From Acidobacteriota bacterium (GTDB taxonomy: Bacteria > Acidobacteriota > UBA890 > WLXD01), in contig CBDFKD010000002.1 of NCBI GenBank assembly GCA_965248695.1, positions 2,816,001-2,880,000 of the forward strand: 64,000 bases of DNA, read 5' to 3'. The position numbers were made by a program, and so were the translations under genes. Shown piece by piece: positions 50,656-59,352 of this stretch; the stretch's first letter is position 1; the number at the start of each line of letters is the position of its first letter. The notes below the pieces were generated by a model. The model ran no database searches. It had not been told where the DNA came from and worked only from the letters and a program-made list of their open reading frames with translations.

Positions 50656-51482
50656 TAGCCAACCGGCTCAGGCCAGGCCAACGCTCGCTCACCGAGGCAG
50701 TACTGGAGCGTGGCTCGATTCGCCTCGCCAAGCGGTGCCTCCTGGAGCTCGAAGACGGTCACGTCTGCTGGCCCTGCCGGTTCAAACTTCCAGTTCCGGT
50801 AGAGGTGGGCGGCGAGGAAGCGACTCGTGGCGGTGCGCCCGTCGACGATGACGAGCGCTCCGGGCAAGAGCAACGGCTCGATGCGCGCCACGTCGGCGGA
50901 CATCACAACGTAGTCTGGGCAATCCCACGAGACGTTGGCGACATCGCCGTCCACAGCTGCCGGGTCGGGGCCGTCCAGATAGATCAGATCGGGCAGGACG
51001 GCCGGCAGTCGGTCGTAGTAGTGACAGACGCGCCCTTGGAAGGTTCCCGCTGTCGCACCTGAGTGGTGCATCGTGACGAAATCACCAAGGCGTGAGGGAA
51101 GCATCTCCTTCGTGCGCTCGATCCAAGTCTTCGACGTGTCGACAGCGTGCAATTCGAAAGGGGTGGAGTTGCGGAGAACCGGCGGGCTGGACAGACGATC
51201 CCAGTCGCTACGATTCTTCAACAGTGCATCAGCCATCACCACGGTCGAATAACCGAGGCCGAACTCCAGAATCGTAAGGACCCGCCGCTGACGGACCACG
51301 GCGTGCAAGCGTGCGAGATCCGGATAGCTGGGCCGAATACGTTTCGCGTCGCCCTCGCGACCCTCCAGCACCTCCAGGAGACCTTCTCCGCGTAGGTACT
51401 CGAGCGCCCCAGCCTCTCCGTCGGCTGAAAACAACGCGGCGACCTCGCGAGGCCCCAATCCAACCTCACTCACTTGCGTCAA
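50655..51482 (-). CDS. Methyltransferase-fold hypothetical protein
   Basis: ILEFGLGYST, LHAVD, IYLDGP and IVDGR. Confidence 0.65.
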   Translation of the reverse strand: MTQVSEVGLGPREVAALFSADGEAGALEYLRGEGLLEVLEGREGDAKRIRPSYPDLARLHAVVRQRRVLTILEFGLGYSTVVMADALLKNRSDWDRLSSPPVLRNSTPFELHAVDTSKTWIERTKEMLPSRLGDFVTMHHSGATAGTFQGRVCHYYDRLPAVLPDLIYLDGPDPAAVDGDVANVSWDCPDYVVMSADVARIEPLLLPGALVIVDGRTATSRFLAAHLYRNWKFEPAGPADVTVFELQEAPLGEANRATLQYCLGERALAWPEPVG

Positions 51483-52680
51483 CGGCGGCGATGGGAGATC
51501 CGGAGGAGCTCTCCGCGTCGAGGTACGTCAACGTCTTGCCGACCCTCAGTGGCGCCGAAGCTATGACCTCGGCGATGCGCGCGCCGGCGGCGCCGTCACC
51601 GAACATCAACGAGCGCTCGTGGCGACCGTGCGCCATCTGGTGCTCGATCGCCGCGCCGATCGCATCTGCTTCGTGCGGAACATCCATGACGTTCTCGGCT
51701 CGTTCGCGGCCGTGTTGTCGACTGCCGATATTCACGCATGGGGTACCGAGGAAAGCTCCCTCACGAAGCCCTGAGGAGGAGTTGCCGACGACGCACACGG
51801 CGCTGCGCAGGAGCCGAGCGTAGTCTTCCGCCGAAAAGTGACGGTATAGCCTCAGGTAGTCGGGCTGGTGCTTCTCACGAAACACGCGCAACCCCTTCGA
51901 GATGTCGTCGGATCCGGCATCGACGTTGGGCCACAGCCAGACGACCTGGGTGCCCTGTCGCCCGATCCGACCCACCGCCTCGAGCGTCTGGGCGACCTGG
52001 TCCAGCCCCTGGCCGTACTCCGTGGTCACGGGATGCTGAAGAACGATCATGTACGGCTTGGTCGAATCGAGCTCCGCCCCGACGCCGCCGGGCCGCTCGA
52101 AGATATCCGCCGGCAGAGTAAGGTCGTTGTCGACAAGAAGGTCGAGAGAGGGACATCCGGTGAGGTGCACGGTGTCGGGATCCTCTCCGAGGCGAAGGAG
52201 GAAATCCCGAGCACGTTGGGTAGCGGGGAAGTGCAGGTGCGACAGCTTGGTGACAGCGTGACGCACGCTCTCATCGATCGAACCAGTTACCTCGCCGCCC
52301 TGAGTGTGGGCAACGGGAATGTTCATGTAGCTCGCCGCAATGGCGGTGGCAATCGTCTCGAACCGATCCGCAACGGTGAGCACGACGTCCGGTCGCAGGT
52401 TGTCGAAGTGGGTCGCCAGCTCGACGATTCCCAGGCCGGTTGATTTCGCCATTGTCGTCGGCGTCTCGCCTTCGACGATCGTGTGCACGACCCTGTCCGG
52501 TTCGAACCCGTCTTCCCTGATCAGGTCGACGACTCGGCCGAAGCGATACAACAACGCCGAGGCGCCGACAATGAGCTGTAGCTCGAGGTCCGAGCGAGCC
52601 TGGGCGGCCTCGAGGAAGCTCTTGATCCGAGCATAGTTCGCGCGGCTGTTGACGATCGCGCAGACCTTACGTGTCGGCAT
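51466..52680 (-). CDS. neuC: UDP-N-acetylglucosamine 2-epimerase (hydrolysing)
   Basis: SRANY, ADRFE, HTQGGE, DESVRHAVTKLSHLHF and GNSSSG motifs. Confidence 0.9.
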   Translation of the reverse strand: MPTRKVCAIVNSRANYARIKSFLEAAQARSDLELQLIVGASALLYRFGRVVDLIREDGFEPDRVVHTIVEGETPTTMAKSTGLGIVELATHFDNLRPDVVLTVADRFETIATAIAASYMNIPVAHTQGGEVTGSIDESVRHAVTKLSHLHFPATQRARDFLLRLGEDPDTVHLTGCPSLDLLVDNDLTLPADIFERPGGVGAELDSTKPYMIVLQHPVTTEYGQGLDQVAQTLEAVGRIGRQGTQVVWLWPNVDAGSDDISKGLRVFREKHQPDYLRLYRHFSAEDYARLLRSAVCVVGNSSSGLREGAFLGTPCVNIGSRQHGRERAENVMDVPHEADAIGAAIEHQMAHGRHERSLMFGDGAAGARIAEVIASAPLRVGKTLTYLDAESSSGSPIAAVDASE

Positions 52681-53707
52681 CCAGGTCCTCCCAGCGAAGC
52701 AACCTTGCGGGCTCCACGTCCCGCGCCAGGCGTCGGCCAATCAGGTCGTCGAGGGCGTCGGCAGAGATGCCGGTCGCCGGTTTCTTGAACGCGAGCATCT
52801 CGCGAGTCAATCGCGTGCCGGCGGCAAGCGGCCTCGCGGGCGCCACACTCTTACCGAACATCTCACGTGTTTCTGTGAGCAATTCTGCAATCTCATCCTT
52901 GTCCACCGGACGAGTGTCCATCTCGTGGAACGCATCTCGGGCACGCACAAGCTGTGCCAGCTCGTCGAAGGTGAGCGAGGCGGTGACATCCGGACCGAAC
53001 ATCGCTCGATCGAAAGTCACATGAACTTCGATCATCCGCGCCCCGCGAGCCAGTGCTGCAAGCGCAGGATACGGGGTACCGGAATGGTCAGAAAGCCCTA
53101 CCGGGCAACCGTACCGTGCGCTCATGTCCGCGAGCGCGTTGAGGCCTACGGCATCAAGCGGCGTCGGATACTGACTGGTGCACTGGAGCAGCAGGAACTC
53201 GGCGTCGCGCTGGCGCAGAAAAGCGACCACGCTATCGATGTCCGCCCAGCTGCTCATCCCGGTGCTGACCAGGATCGGGCCTCCTGCGACGAGCATGTCC
53301 TCGATCAAATCGCGACCGCGCACTTCCCCGGAGCCGACCTTCCAGGCAGGCACCCCGAGATCACGGAGCAGCTGCACCGCCTCCCGTGAGAAGGGCGAGC
53401 TGAGAAAATGCAGGCCGCGCCGGCGCGCGTGATCCGCCAGCTGTGCCCATTGCTCCGTCGAGAACTCCATGCGCTGCCAATAATCGTAGCGGCTGGCGTC
53501 CTGGGTACTGAAGCGCACCCGGAACGGCTCATCCAGCGTCGACTCGGCGGCCGCGATATGCGTCTGAAATTTGACCGCATCGGCGCCAGCATCGGCCACA
53601 GCGTCGACAAACGCGTGCGCTGTGCCCAGCGACCCGTCATGCGCCTGCGCCACTTCGGCGACAAGGATCGGCTTGCCCGAGGAGATGTCGAACGAAGGAT
53701 CTGTCAT
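52667..53707 (-). CDS. neuB: N-acetylneuraminate/nonulosonate synthase
   Basis: VAEVAQAHDGS, KFQTH, KVGSGE, STGMS, GLSDHS and a C-terminal SAF domain. Confidence 0.92.
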   Translation of the reverse strand: MTDPSFDISSGKPILVAEVAQAHDGSLGTAHAFVDAVADAGADAVKFQTHIAAAESTLDEPFRVRFSTQDASRYDYWQRMEFSTEQWAQLADHARRRGLHFLSSPFSREAVQLLRDLGVPAWKVGSGEVRGRDLIEDMLVAGGPILVSTGMSSWADIDSVVAFLRQRDAEFLLLQCTSQYPTPLDAVGLNALADMSARYGCPVGLSDHSGTPYPALAALARGARMIEVHVTFDRAMFGPDVTASLTFDELAQLVRARDAFHEMDTRPVDKDEIAELLTETREMFGKSVAPARPLAAGTRLTREMLAFKKPATGISADALDDLIGRRLARDVEPARLLRWEDLDADT

Positions 53708-53796
53708 TGCTTCCTACCCGTCATGCTGCGCCACTATTTGATCGCATCCGACGATTCTCTGCTGCCCCTGATATCGGCCTGAGGCCCACGAGCCCT

Positions 53797-55614
53797 CTAC
53801 GTAGCGTCCGAGTTGGTGACGCCGGCCGCCATGGTCCTGAAACGACTATTGTCGCGTAGCAGCTCGTCGAAGCTCCCGACGCCAACCAACCGACCCTCTT
53901 CCAGGAGAAATATCCGGTCGACATCCCGGACCGTCGTCAGCCGGTGCGCTATCAGGATAATGGTCCTGTCCTTCTCCAGCCGGGCAATGGACTCCATCAC
54001 GGCGCGCTCGGTGGTGGTGTCGAGGGAGCTGGTCGCCTCGTCCAAGATCAGAACCGTAGGATCTGCGTAGAGAGCGCGAGCAATACCGAGTCGCTGACGT
54101 TGTCCGCCGGAGAGTCGAACCCCTCGCTCGCCAACGACGGTCTCATAGCCGTGCGGGAGTTGCTCGGCGATGAACTCGTGTAGCTGGGCCATGCCGGCGG
54201 CTCTCTCGATCGCCTCGTAGTCGATCTCCCGCTCCGGAACTCCGAACGCGATGTTCGCAGCGACGCTGTTGTCCGACAAGTAGATATCTTGCGGAACATA
54301 GCCGATCGAGTCCTGCCACTGACGCATCGTAGCTTCGTCCAGAAGCACCCCATCGACTCGAATCTCTCCCTGTCTCGGACGCAGAAGGCCGAGAGTCAGA
54401 TCGACGACCGTTGTTTTCCCCGCGCCGGTGCCGCCGACAATGGCCACGCTGCTGCGCGCCGGAATCTCGAGGCTCAGATCGTGGATCACCACGTTTTCGC
54501 TTTCTGGGTAGGTATAGCTGACGCCGAGCCATTGAATTCGGTCATCGAGCGACAACCGCTGTCGTTGGCGCGCGGCCCCCAACTGCGTTCGAGATTCGGA
54601 GTACAGATCCGCGTGGATATTCGCCACCGTCGGTAGGCCGAACCGAAGGTTGGTTCCGGCGGTGTATATCTGCTGAACCGCAGGCAGCAGTCGGGACGCC
54701 GCCAGTGCGTAGACGCCTAGCACGGGAAGCACTCCGCCCAGCTCTTTGCCGGTCGCCATCAGAAAGACCGTCAACGCCAGGATCCCTCCGAAAGCGAGTG
54801 CTTCGACCACGTAGCGTGGTAACACCGACAGCGTGCCGACGGCGACCTTGTGTCGCGAGAAACGGAGTGAGGGGCGCAGGAACCGTTTCAGGTAGAACTC
54901 CTCGCGACCCGTGAGCTTGAGGGCCTTGATGCCGCCGAAGGCCTCGGACGCTGCGGTGAAGCGCTCCCGGTTGGCGCGCAACCGATCCTGCCCGCGGCGC
55001 TCGAGCATCCGGCTGACGCTGAAGTAGATGCCCAGATACACCGTACCCGCCAACAGGGCCACGACCCGGGCCACCGACGCGTCGACGATTACCAGCAGGA
55101 CGACCAGCGCGCCTGCGAGCAATCCGAAAGCCGGAATACGTAGACACGGACGGAAGACGTAGTTCACGAGGACGTCAACTTCCGATAGCAAGCTCTTCGA
55201 CAGGTCCGCAGAATTACGACCCAGGAAGAACGTGTATGGCCTTCCCAGATATCGTCGAAACAGCCGCGTGCTCAGGGAGTGGCGGCGCATTTCTACAAAG
55301 CGCACCATGGCGTACTCGGTGACCAAACGGATGAGCGCGCTGACGAGCACCATCGCCAGCGAAGCAACACCGAGCACGAGCAAGAAGTCGTCCACCGACG
55401 TCATGCCCAGGACCTCGTATGCGCTCCGCAGCCGTGGATCCGTCCGCGCAATCTCGGGACTCCCGAGCACGGCGAGGAACGGGATCACGGACGCCACTCC
55501 GATGGTCTCGAGCAAGGCACTGACGGCCATCAGACCGCCCACCAGAGTGCCGCGCCTGAGCTCCTTGGGCGTTAGCAACCCGAGGATCATTCGCAGACTC
55601 GTTGCCGTCTTCAT
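53797..55614 (-). CDS. ABC transporter, fused permease/ATPase (PglK/MsbA-like flippase)
   Basis: TM domain, GGTGAGKTT, LSGGQRQR and ILDEATS. Confidence 0.92.
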   Translation of the reverse strand: MKTATSLRMILGLLTPKELRRGTLVGGLMAVSALLETIGVASVIPFLAVLGSPEIARTDPRLRSAYEVLGMTSVDDFLLVLGVASLAMVLVSALIRLVTEYAMVRFVEMRRHSLSTRLFRRYLGRPYTFFLGRNSADLSKSLLSEVDVLVNYVFRPCLRIPAFGLLAGALVVLLVIVDASVARVVALLAGTVYLGIYFSVSRMLERRGQDRLRANRERFTAASEAFGGIKALKLTGREEFYLKRFLRPSLRFSRHKVAVGTLSVLPRYVVEALAFGGILALTVFLMATGKELGGVLPVLGVYALAASRLLPAVQQIYTAGTNLRFGLPTVANIHADLYSESRTQLGAARQRQRLSLDDRIQWLGVSYTYPESENVVIHDLSLEIPARSSVAIVGGTGAGKTTVVDLTLGLLRPRQGEIRVDGVLLDEATMRQWQDSIGYVPQDIYLSDNSVAANIAFGVPEREIDYEAIERAAGMAQLHEFIAEQLPHGYETVVGERGVRLSGGQRQRLGIARALYADPTVLILDEATSSLDTTTERAVMESIARLEKDRTIILIAHRLTTVRDVDRIFLLEEGRLVGVGSFDELLRDNSRFRTMAAGVTNSDAT

Positions 55615-55690
55615 CTGCGGACGCCTGACAACCGTGCCACGGCGAACACCCGGCCGAAGCAAGGCACCCCGGGGCCGGCAACCGATTCGG

Positions 55691-56830
55691 TCACGCCACG
55701 CCACGGGATACGAGGTTGAGAAACATTTTCTCGTACTCGGCGCAGATCCTCTCGATTCCGAAGCGGTCGCGGACACGCGCCTCGATGAGCGCCGCATCGA
55801 GGGCGTCTGTCGCATCCAGCGCGTCCAGGATAGTCCGTGCCAGACCGCCGGGATCGTCGGGCGGCGCCAACCATCCGTTGCTCCCCTCCTCGACGATCTC
55901 CGTACCGCCGCCAGGGCAGTCGGTTGCCACCACAGGGATTCCCAGACCCAACGACTCGAGCATCGAGTTCGATAGCCCCTCGTATCGAGAAGACGACACG
56001 AACAGGTCGGCCGCACGAATCGCCGGGAACGGATTCTCGCAGAATCCCGGTAGATGAACCGACCCCACGAGACCCTCGGCGTCTATCTGCGCTTCTAGAT
56101 CGGCTCGGTCCTCGCCTTCGCCGAGGACCGTCAACGTCGCCTCGACCCGTTCTCTACGAACCGCGGCAAAGGCCTCCAAGAGCACATCGTACCCCTTCTG
56201 CCAACTCAGGCGTCCGACGGAAACAAGGTGCGGCCCAGTACCTCCGCGACCGATAAACTCGGCGCTCGACAGCGGCTCAGATGCCGCCGCCTTGATGCGG
56301 TCGATGTCCACCGGGTTGTAGATGCGCACAAAACGTTTCCGAGACGCCGGGAGACGTCCCACGGCGTCCTGAATCATGAAGTCGCTCTGGGCGACGACCC
56401 GATCGGCCCCCAGCACCATGAGGGTCGAAGCTAGCGTCTGGGCCCACCGAGCCCATGGCGCGCGCCGACCCGCTTCGTCGAGGAAAGCACCAATGGTGTT
56501 GCCGAGCCGAGTTATGACCCGGGTTCCCGATGGGTAACGAGGACGAGCGAGCACTGAGGCGACTGCCAAGCCGAGCGTGGCCATGACCACGTCTGGCCTC
56601 CAATCTCGAACGACTCGTGCGAGAGGAAGAACACAGCGCCGCGCTCGTTTGGCACCGAGCTCGAAGATACGGACGTCCTGTGGAACGTCCCGCACGAACA
56701 CCCCCTCGCGGAGACCGACCGCCAGGGCCACCTTGAACCGGTTTCGATCGAGACCACGGGCCAAGTGGACAATGACTCTCTCGGCCCCCCCGCCCTGGAG
56801 ATTGGGCACAACGAACAGAACCCGAATCAC
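55691..56830 (-). CDS. Glycosyltransferase family 4
   Basis: GGGAERV and SRYEGLSNSMLES motifs. Confidence 0.92.
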   Translation of the reverse strand: MIRVLFVVPNLQGGGAERVIVHLARGLDRNRFKVALAVGLREGVFVRDVPQDVRIFELGAKRARRCVLPLARVVRDWRPDVVMATLGLAVASVLARPRYPSGTRVITRLGNTIGAFLDEAGRRAPWARWAQTLASTLMVLGADRVVAQSDFMIQDAVGRLPASRKRFVRIYNPVDIDRIKAAASEPLSSAEFIGRGGTGPHLVSVGRLSWQKGYDVLLEAFAAVRRERVEATLTVLGEGEDRADLEAQIDAEGLVGSVHLPGFCENPFPAIRAADLFVSSSRYEGLSNSMLESLGLGIPVVATDCPGGGTEIVEEGSNGWLAPPDDPGGLARTILDALDATDALDAALIEARVRDRFGIERICAEYEKMFLNLVSRGVA

Positions 56831-56834
56831 GCGA

Positions 56835-57761
56835 TTACCCGGCTCGCGCCGCTGCTTGATCGCCGCCGCTCTTGACGAATCTCCCCTTCAGTGAGTCACC
56901 GAGCCGTGTGGCACTCAGGATTGCGTTGAGGCCACCCTTCACCCAGCGCAATCCGCGCCCACGCTCGAGGGCACGCCGTACCACCTCGTCGGCGTCGTTC
57001 TTTCCTATCTCGAGATGGCGCTGTCCGGCGCGACTCTTGCGAAACCGAGTCGGGCTGAAGCCGGTTGTTCTGATCGATTCGCTCCGAAGCTCTAGCTCCG
57101 TCAAGAGCCGTCTCAACGTGGATGCGGTGAAATAGCTCAGGTGCGCAGGATACTCGATGACGTTCCACGACTGGCGCAGGATTCGCCTGGAGACCGAATC
57201 GAAGTTCGGTGTGGTGATGTAGAGCAGCCCGCCTGGCCTGAGGGCCGTCAGAATCGCCTGCAGCCCGAGTCTCGGCTCCGGCATGTGTTCGATCACCTCG
57301 ATCATGGCGATGATATCGAAGTGGTCAGGATCGAAAACAGCGGGACTGTAGTCGCCTTCGACCATCACGAACCCGCGTTCGCGGCCGTGACGGAGCGCGT
57401 CCTCGGAGTACTCGGTGCCGTAACACTCCCACCCCCGGGCCTGCGCCGCTTCGAGCAACAACCCGCGCCCACAGCCAATATCCAGGATCCGGCCGCTCCG
57501 GCGGTAGGGCTCGAAGGAGTCGGCGAGCTCACCCAGTCTTCTGCGGGTAGCGTCCGAGACCCAAGCATCGGGATCGTACTTTCTCTCGTACTTGTGCGCG
57601 TAGTGCGCCTCGAGCTCCTCAGCAGACGGCGTCCTGGCCGCGTGGACAAAGCCGCAGCTGCTGCAGATGCCCAGATAGGCACGCTCGTAACCCTTGAGCG
57701 GTGCGAGCGCGCCGCGCCGACAGCAGGGACAATCGTCACGACCTAAAGGAGCCAACACCAT
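56835..57761 (-). CDS. Class I SAM-dependent methyltransferase with N-terminal zinc ribbon
   Basis: CPCC...CSSC, ILDIGCGRG, EVIEH and TTPN. Confidence 0.9.
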   Translation of the reverse strand: MVLAPLGRDDCPCCRRGALAPLKGYERAYLGICSSCGFVHAARTPSAEELEAHYAHKYERKYDPDAWVSDATRRRLGELADSFEPYRRSGRILDIGCGRGLLLEAAQARGWECYGTEYSEDALRHGRERGFVMVEGDYSPAVFDPDHFDIIAMIEVIEHMPEPRLGLQAILTALRPGGLLYITTPNFDSVSRRILRQSWNVIEYPAHLSYFTASTLRRLLTELELRSESIRTTGFSPTRFRKSRAGQRHLEIGKNDADEVVRRALERGRGLRWVKGGLNAILSATRLGDSLKGRFVKSGGDQAAARAG

Positions 57762-58162
57762 GTGCCTGTATCGTCGCTTCTACGGATCCGTCGGAGGTGG
57801 ACGGACGCTGATTGTGGCTGCTTGCGAGACGGCTTCGGTGGCCGTCAGACACTGGACATGAGGGGCGAATCGCGCCATCGGGAGGGCTGCCGGAGGAGCC
57901 AGTGCGTGCCGAATTCGAAACGCCCGCTTAGTCAGCCTAGCCTACAACGCTCTCGGGAACGTTAGCGTTCGGTTCACACTCGAGGAGTCTTCTGCGCGCC
58001 GGTTTGGTTTGCGGCAATTGTGACTCCCGGTAGGGGCGCTTGCCGCGCTCGGTCGTCGGATCCAACCTGGCCTAGCCGGAGTCCAAGCGAGAAGAAGGAG
58101 GTGTGAATCGAATGCGCCGCGCCGCTGGACTACGATAACGACAGGACCATGAAGACAACGAC

Positions 58163-59275
58163 ATGAACCGCCGCGAGGACCTCACGAGTATGGTCAGCGA
58201 GACTAGCCAGGGTCTTGCTCCAACGGAGCACACGGTGACCCGGAAACGGATGGCCGTCTTCGCCCTCCTGACGGCCGTCCTCTGCATCGTGTTGGTCACC
58301 GCGGCACTGCTGGCTGTCGACGTCTTCTATGTTCATCCCAAATTCGACGAGGTGATCGGCCTCAACATCTGGGGCTACAGAGGCCCGGTCGTCGGTCGCA
58401 AGGAGCCCGGCGAACAGCGCGTCGTAGTCGTCGGCGGGAGCACGGCGCTGGGGTACGGCGTGCTCTGGAGCGAGGCCATTTCCGCAGTCTTGCAAGACCT
58501 GTTGAGTCAGGAACAGAAGTCTGGTGCTGGCGAGGTGTCCGTGGTCAATCTCGCTTACAACAACGAGGGCTCGTACTCGCTCCAATTCACGTTACAGGAC
58601 TACGACTATCTCGAGTACGACGCAGTTCTGTTCTACAGCGGCTACAACAACCTCAAGGACTTCAACCCGCAGGTACATCGCCACAAATCTCCGATATTCC
58701 GTTTGACGGGCTACTACCCTCTGCTGCCGCTCGTGATGTCGGAGAAGGCGATGGCGATTCGGTACGGTGGCGACCTTGATGCTGCGTATCGGGACGACAA
58801 GACCGTTTTCAGACCCGGACTCGCGGAGCGCGCGACTGCTAGCGCTCTCGAACAAGCCAACGCTATCGGCGAGGCACTCGGGCGCCAGCTGGCGCGTGCA
58901 ATCCCAGACGCAGAAGGCGCCGATTCGGGGTTGGTCGGAGATACCTGCGGTAGGTGGCCAAGGTACTGCGATGAGATGTATGTAGCGGTCAAATCCGTGT
59001 TGGATCGCGGCAAGCGCGCGCTCGTCGTCTCCCAGCCTCTTCTTCGCAACGGTCAGGGCAACGTTGGCGAGAAGCACCGCGAACAACAACGCCTGGTGGT
59101 CGCCTATCTGCGTCAGCGGCTAGGTGAAGATCCGAAGCTCCGCTTCGTTGACTTGAGGTCGGCGCTGAATCTCACGGATCCGCTGCTGGCTTGGGACGGT
59201 GTACACCTGACGGTCGCGGGGAATCGCCAGGTCGCCGAGCGCCTCGTGGAGCCTGTTCGTCAATTGTTGCAGTGA
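58163..59275 (+). CDS. SGNH/GDSL hydrolase-family membrane-anchored protein
   Basis: N-terminal TM helix, GGSTALG, GYNN and DGVH. Confidence 0.8.
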   Translation: MNRREDLTSMVSETSQGLAPTEHTVTRKRMAVFALLTAVLCIVLVTAALLAVDVFYVHPKFDEVIGLNIWGYRGPVVGRKEPGEQRVVVVGGSTALGYGVLWSEAISAVLQDLLSQEQKSGAGEVSVVNLAYNNEGSYSLQFTLQDYDYLEYDAVLFYSGYNNLKDFNPQVHRHKSPIFRLTGYYPLLPLVMSEKAMAIRYGGDLDAAYRDDKTVFRPGLAERATASALEQANAIGEALGRQLARAIPDAEGADSGLVGDTCGRWPRYCDEMYVAVKSVLDRGKRALVVSQPLLRNGQGNVGEKHREQQRLVVAYLRQRLGEDPKLRFVDLRSALNLTDPLLAWDGVHLTVAGNRQVAERLVEPVRQLLQ

Positions 59276-59352
59276 CGACAGACCTGAGTTGTTTCGTTCA
59301 AGCGCTCGCGAGTCCGTCGTTCCAGCTTTGCGCCAGAAGGTAGGGTCCCACC

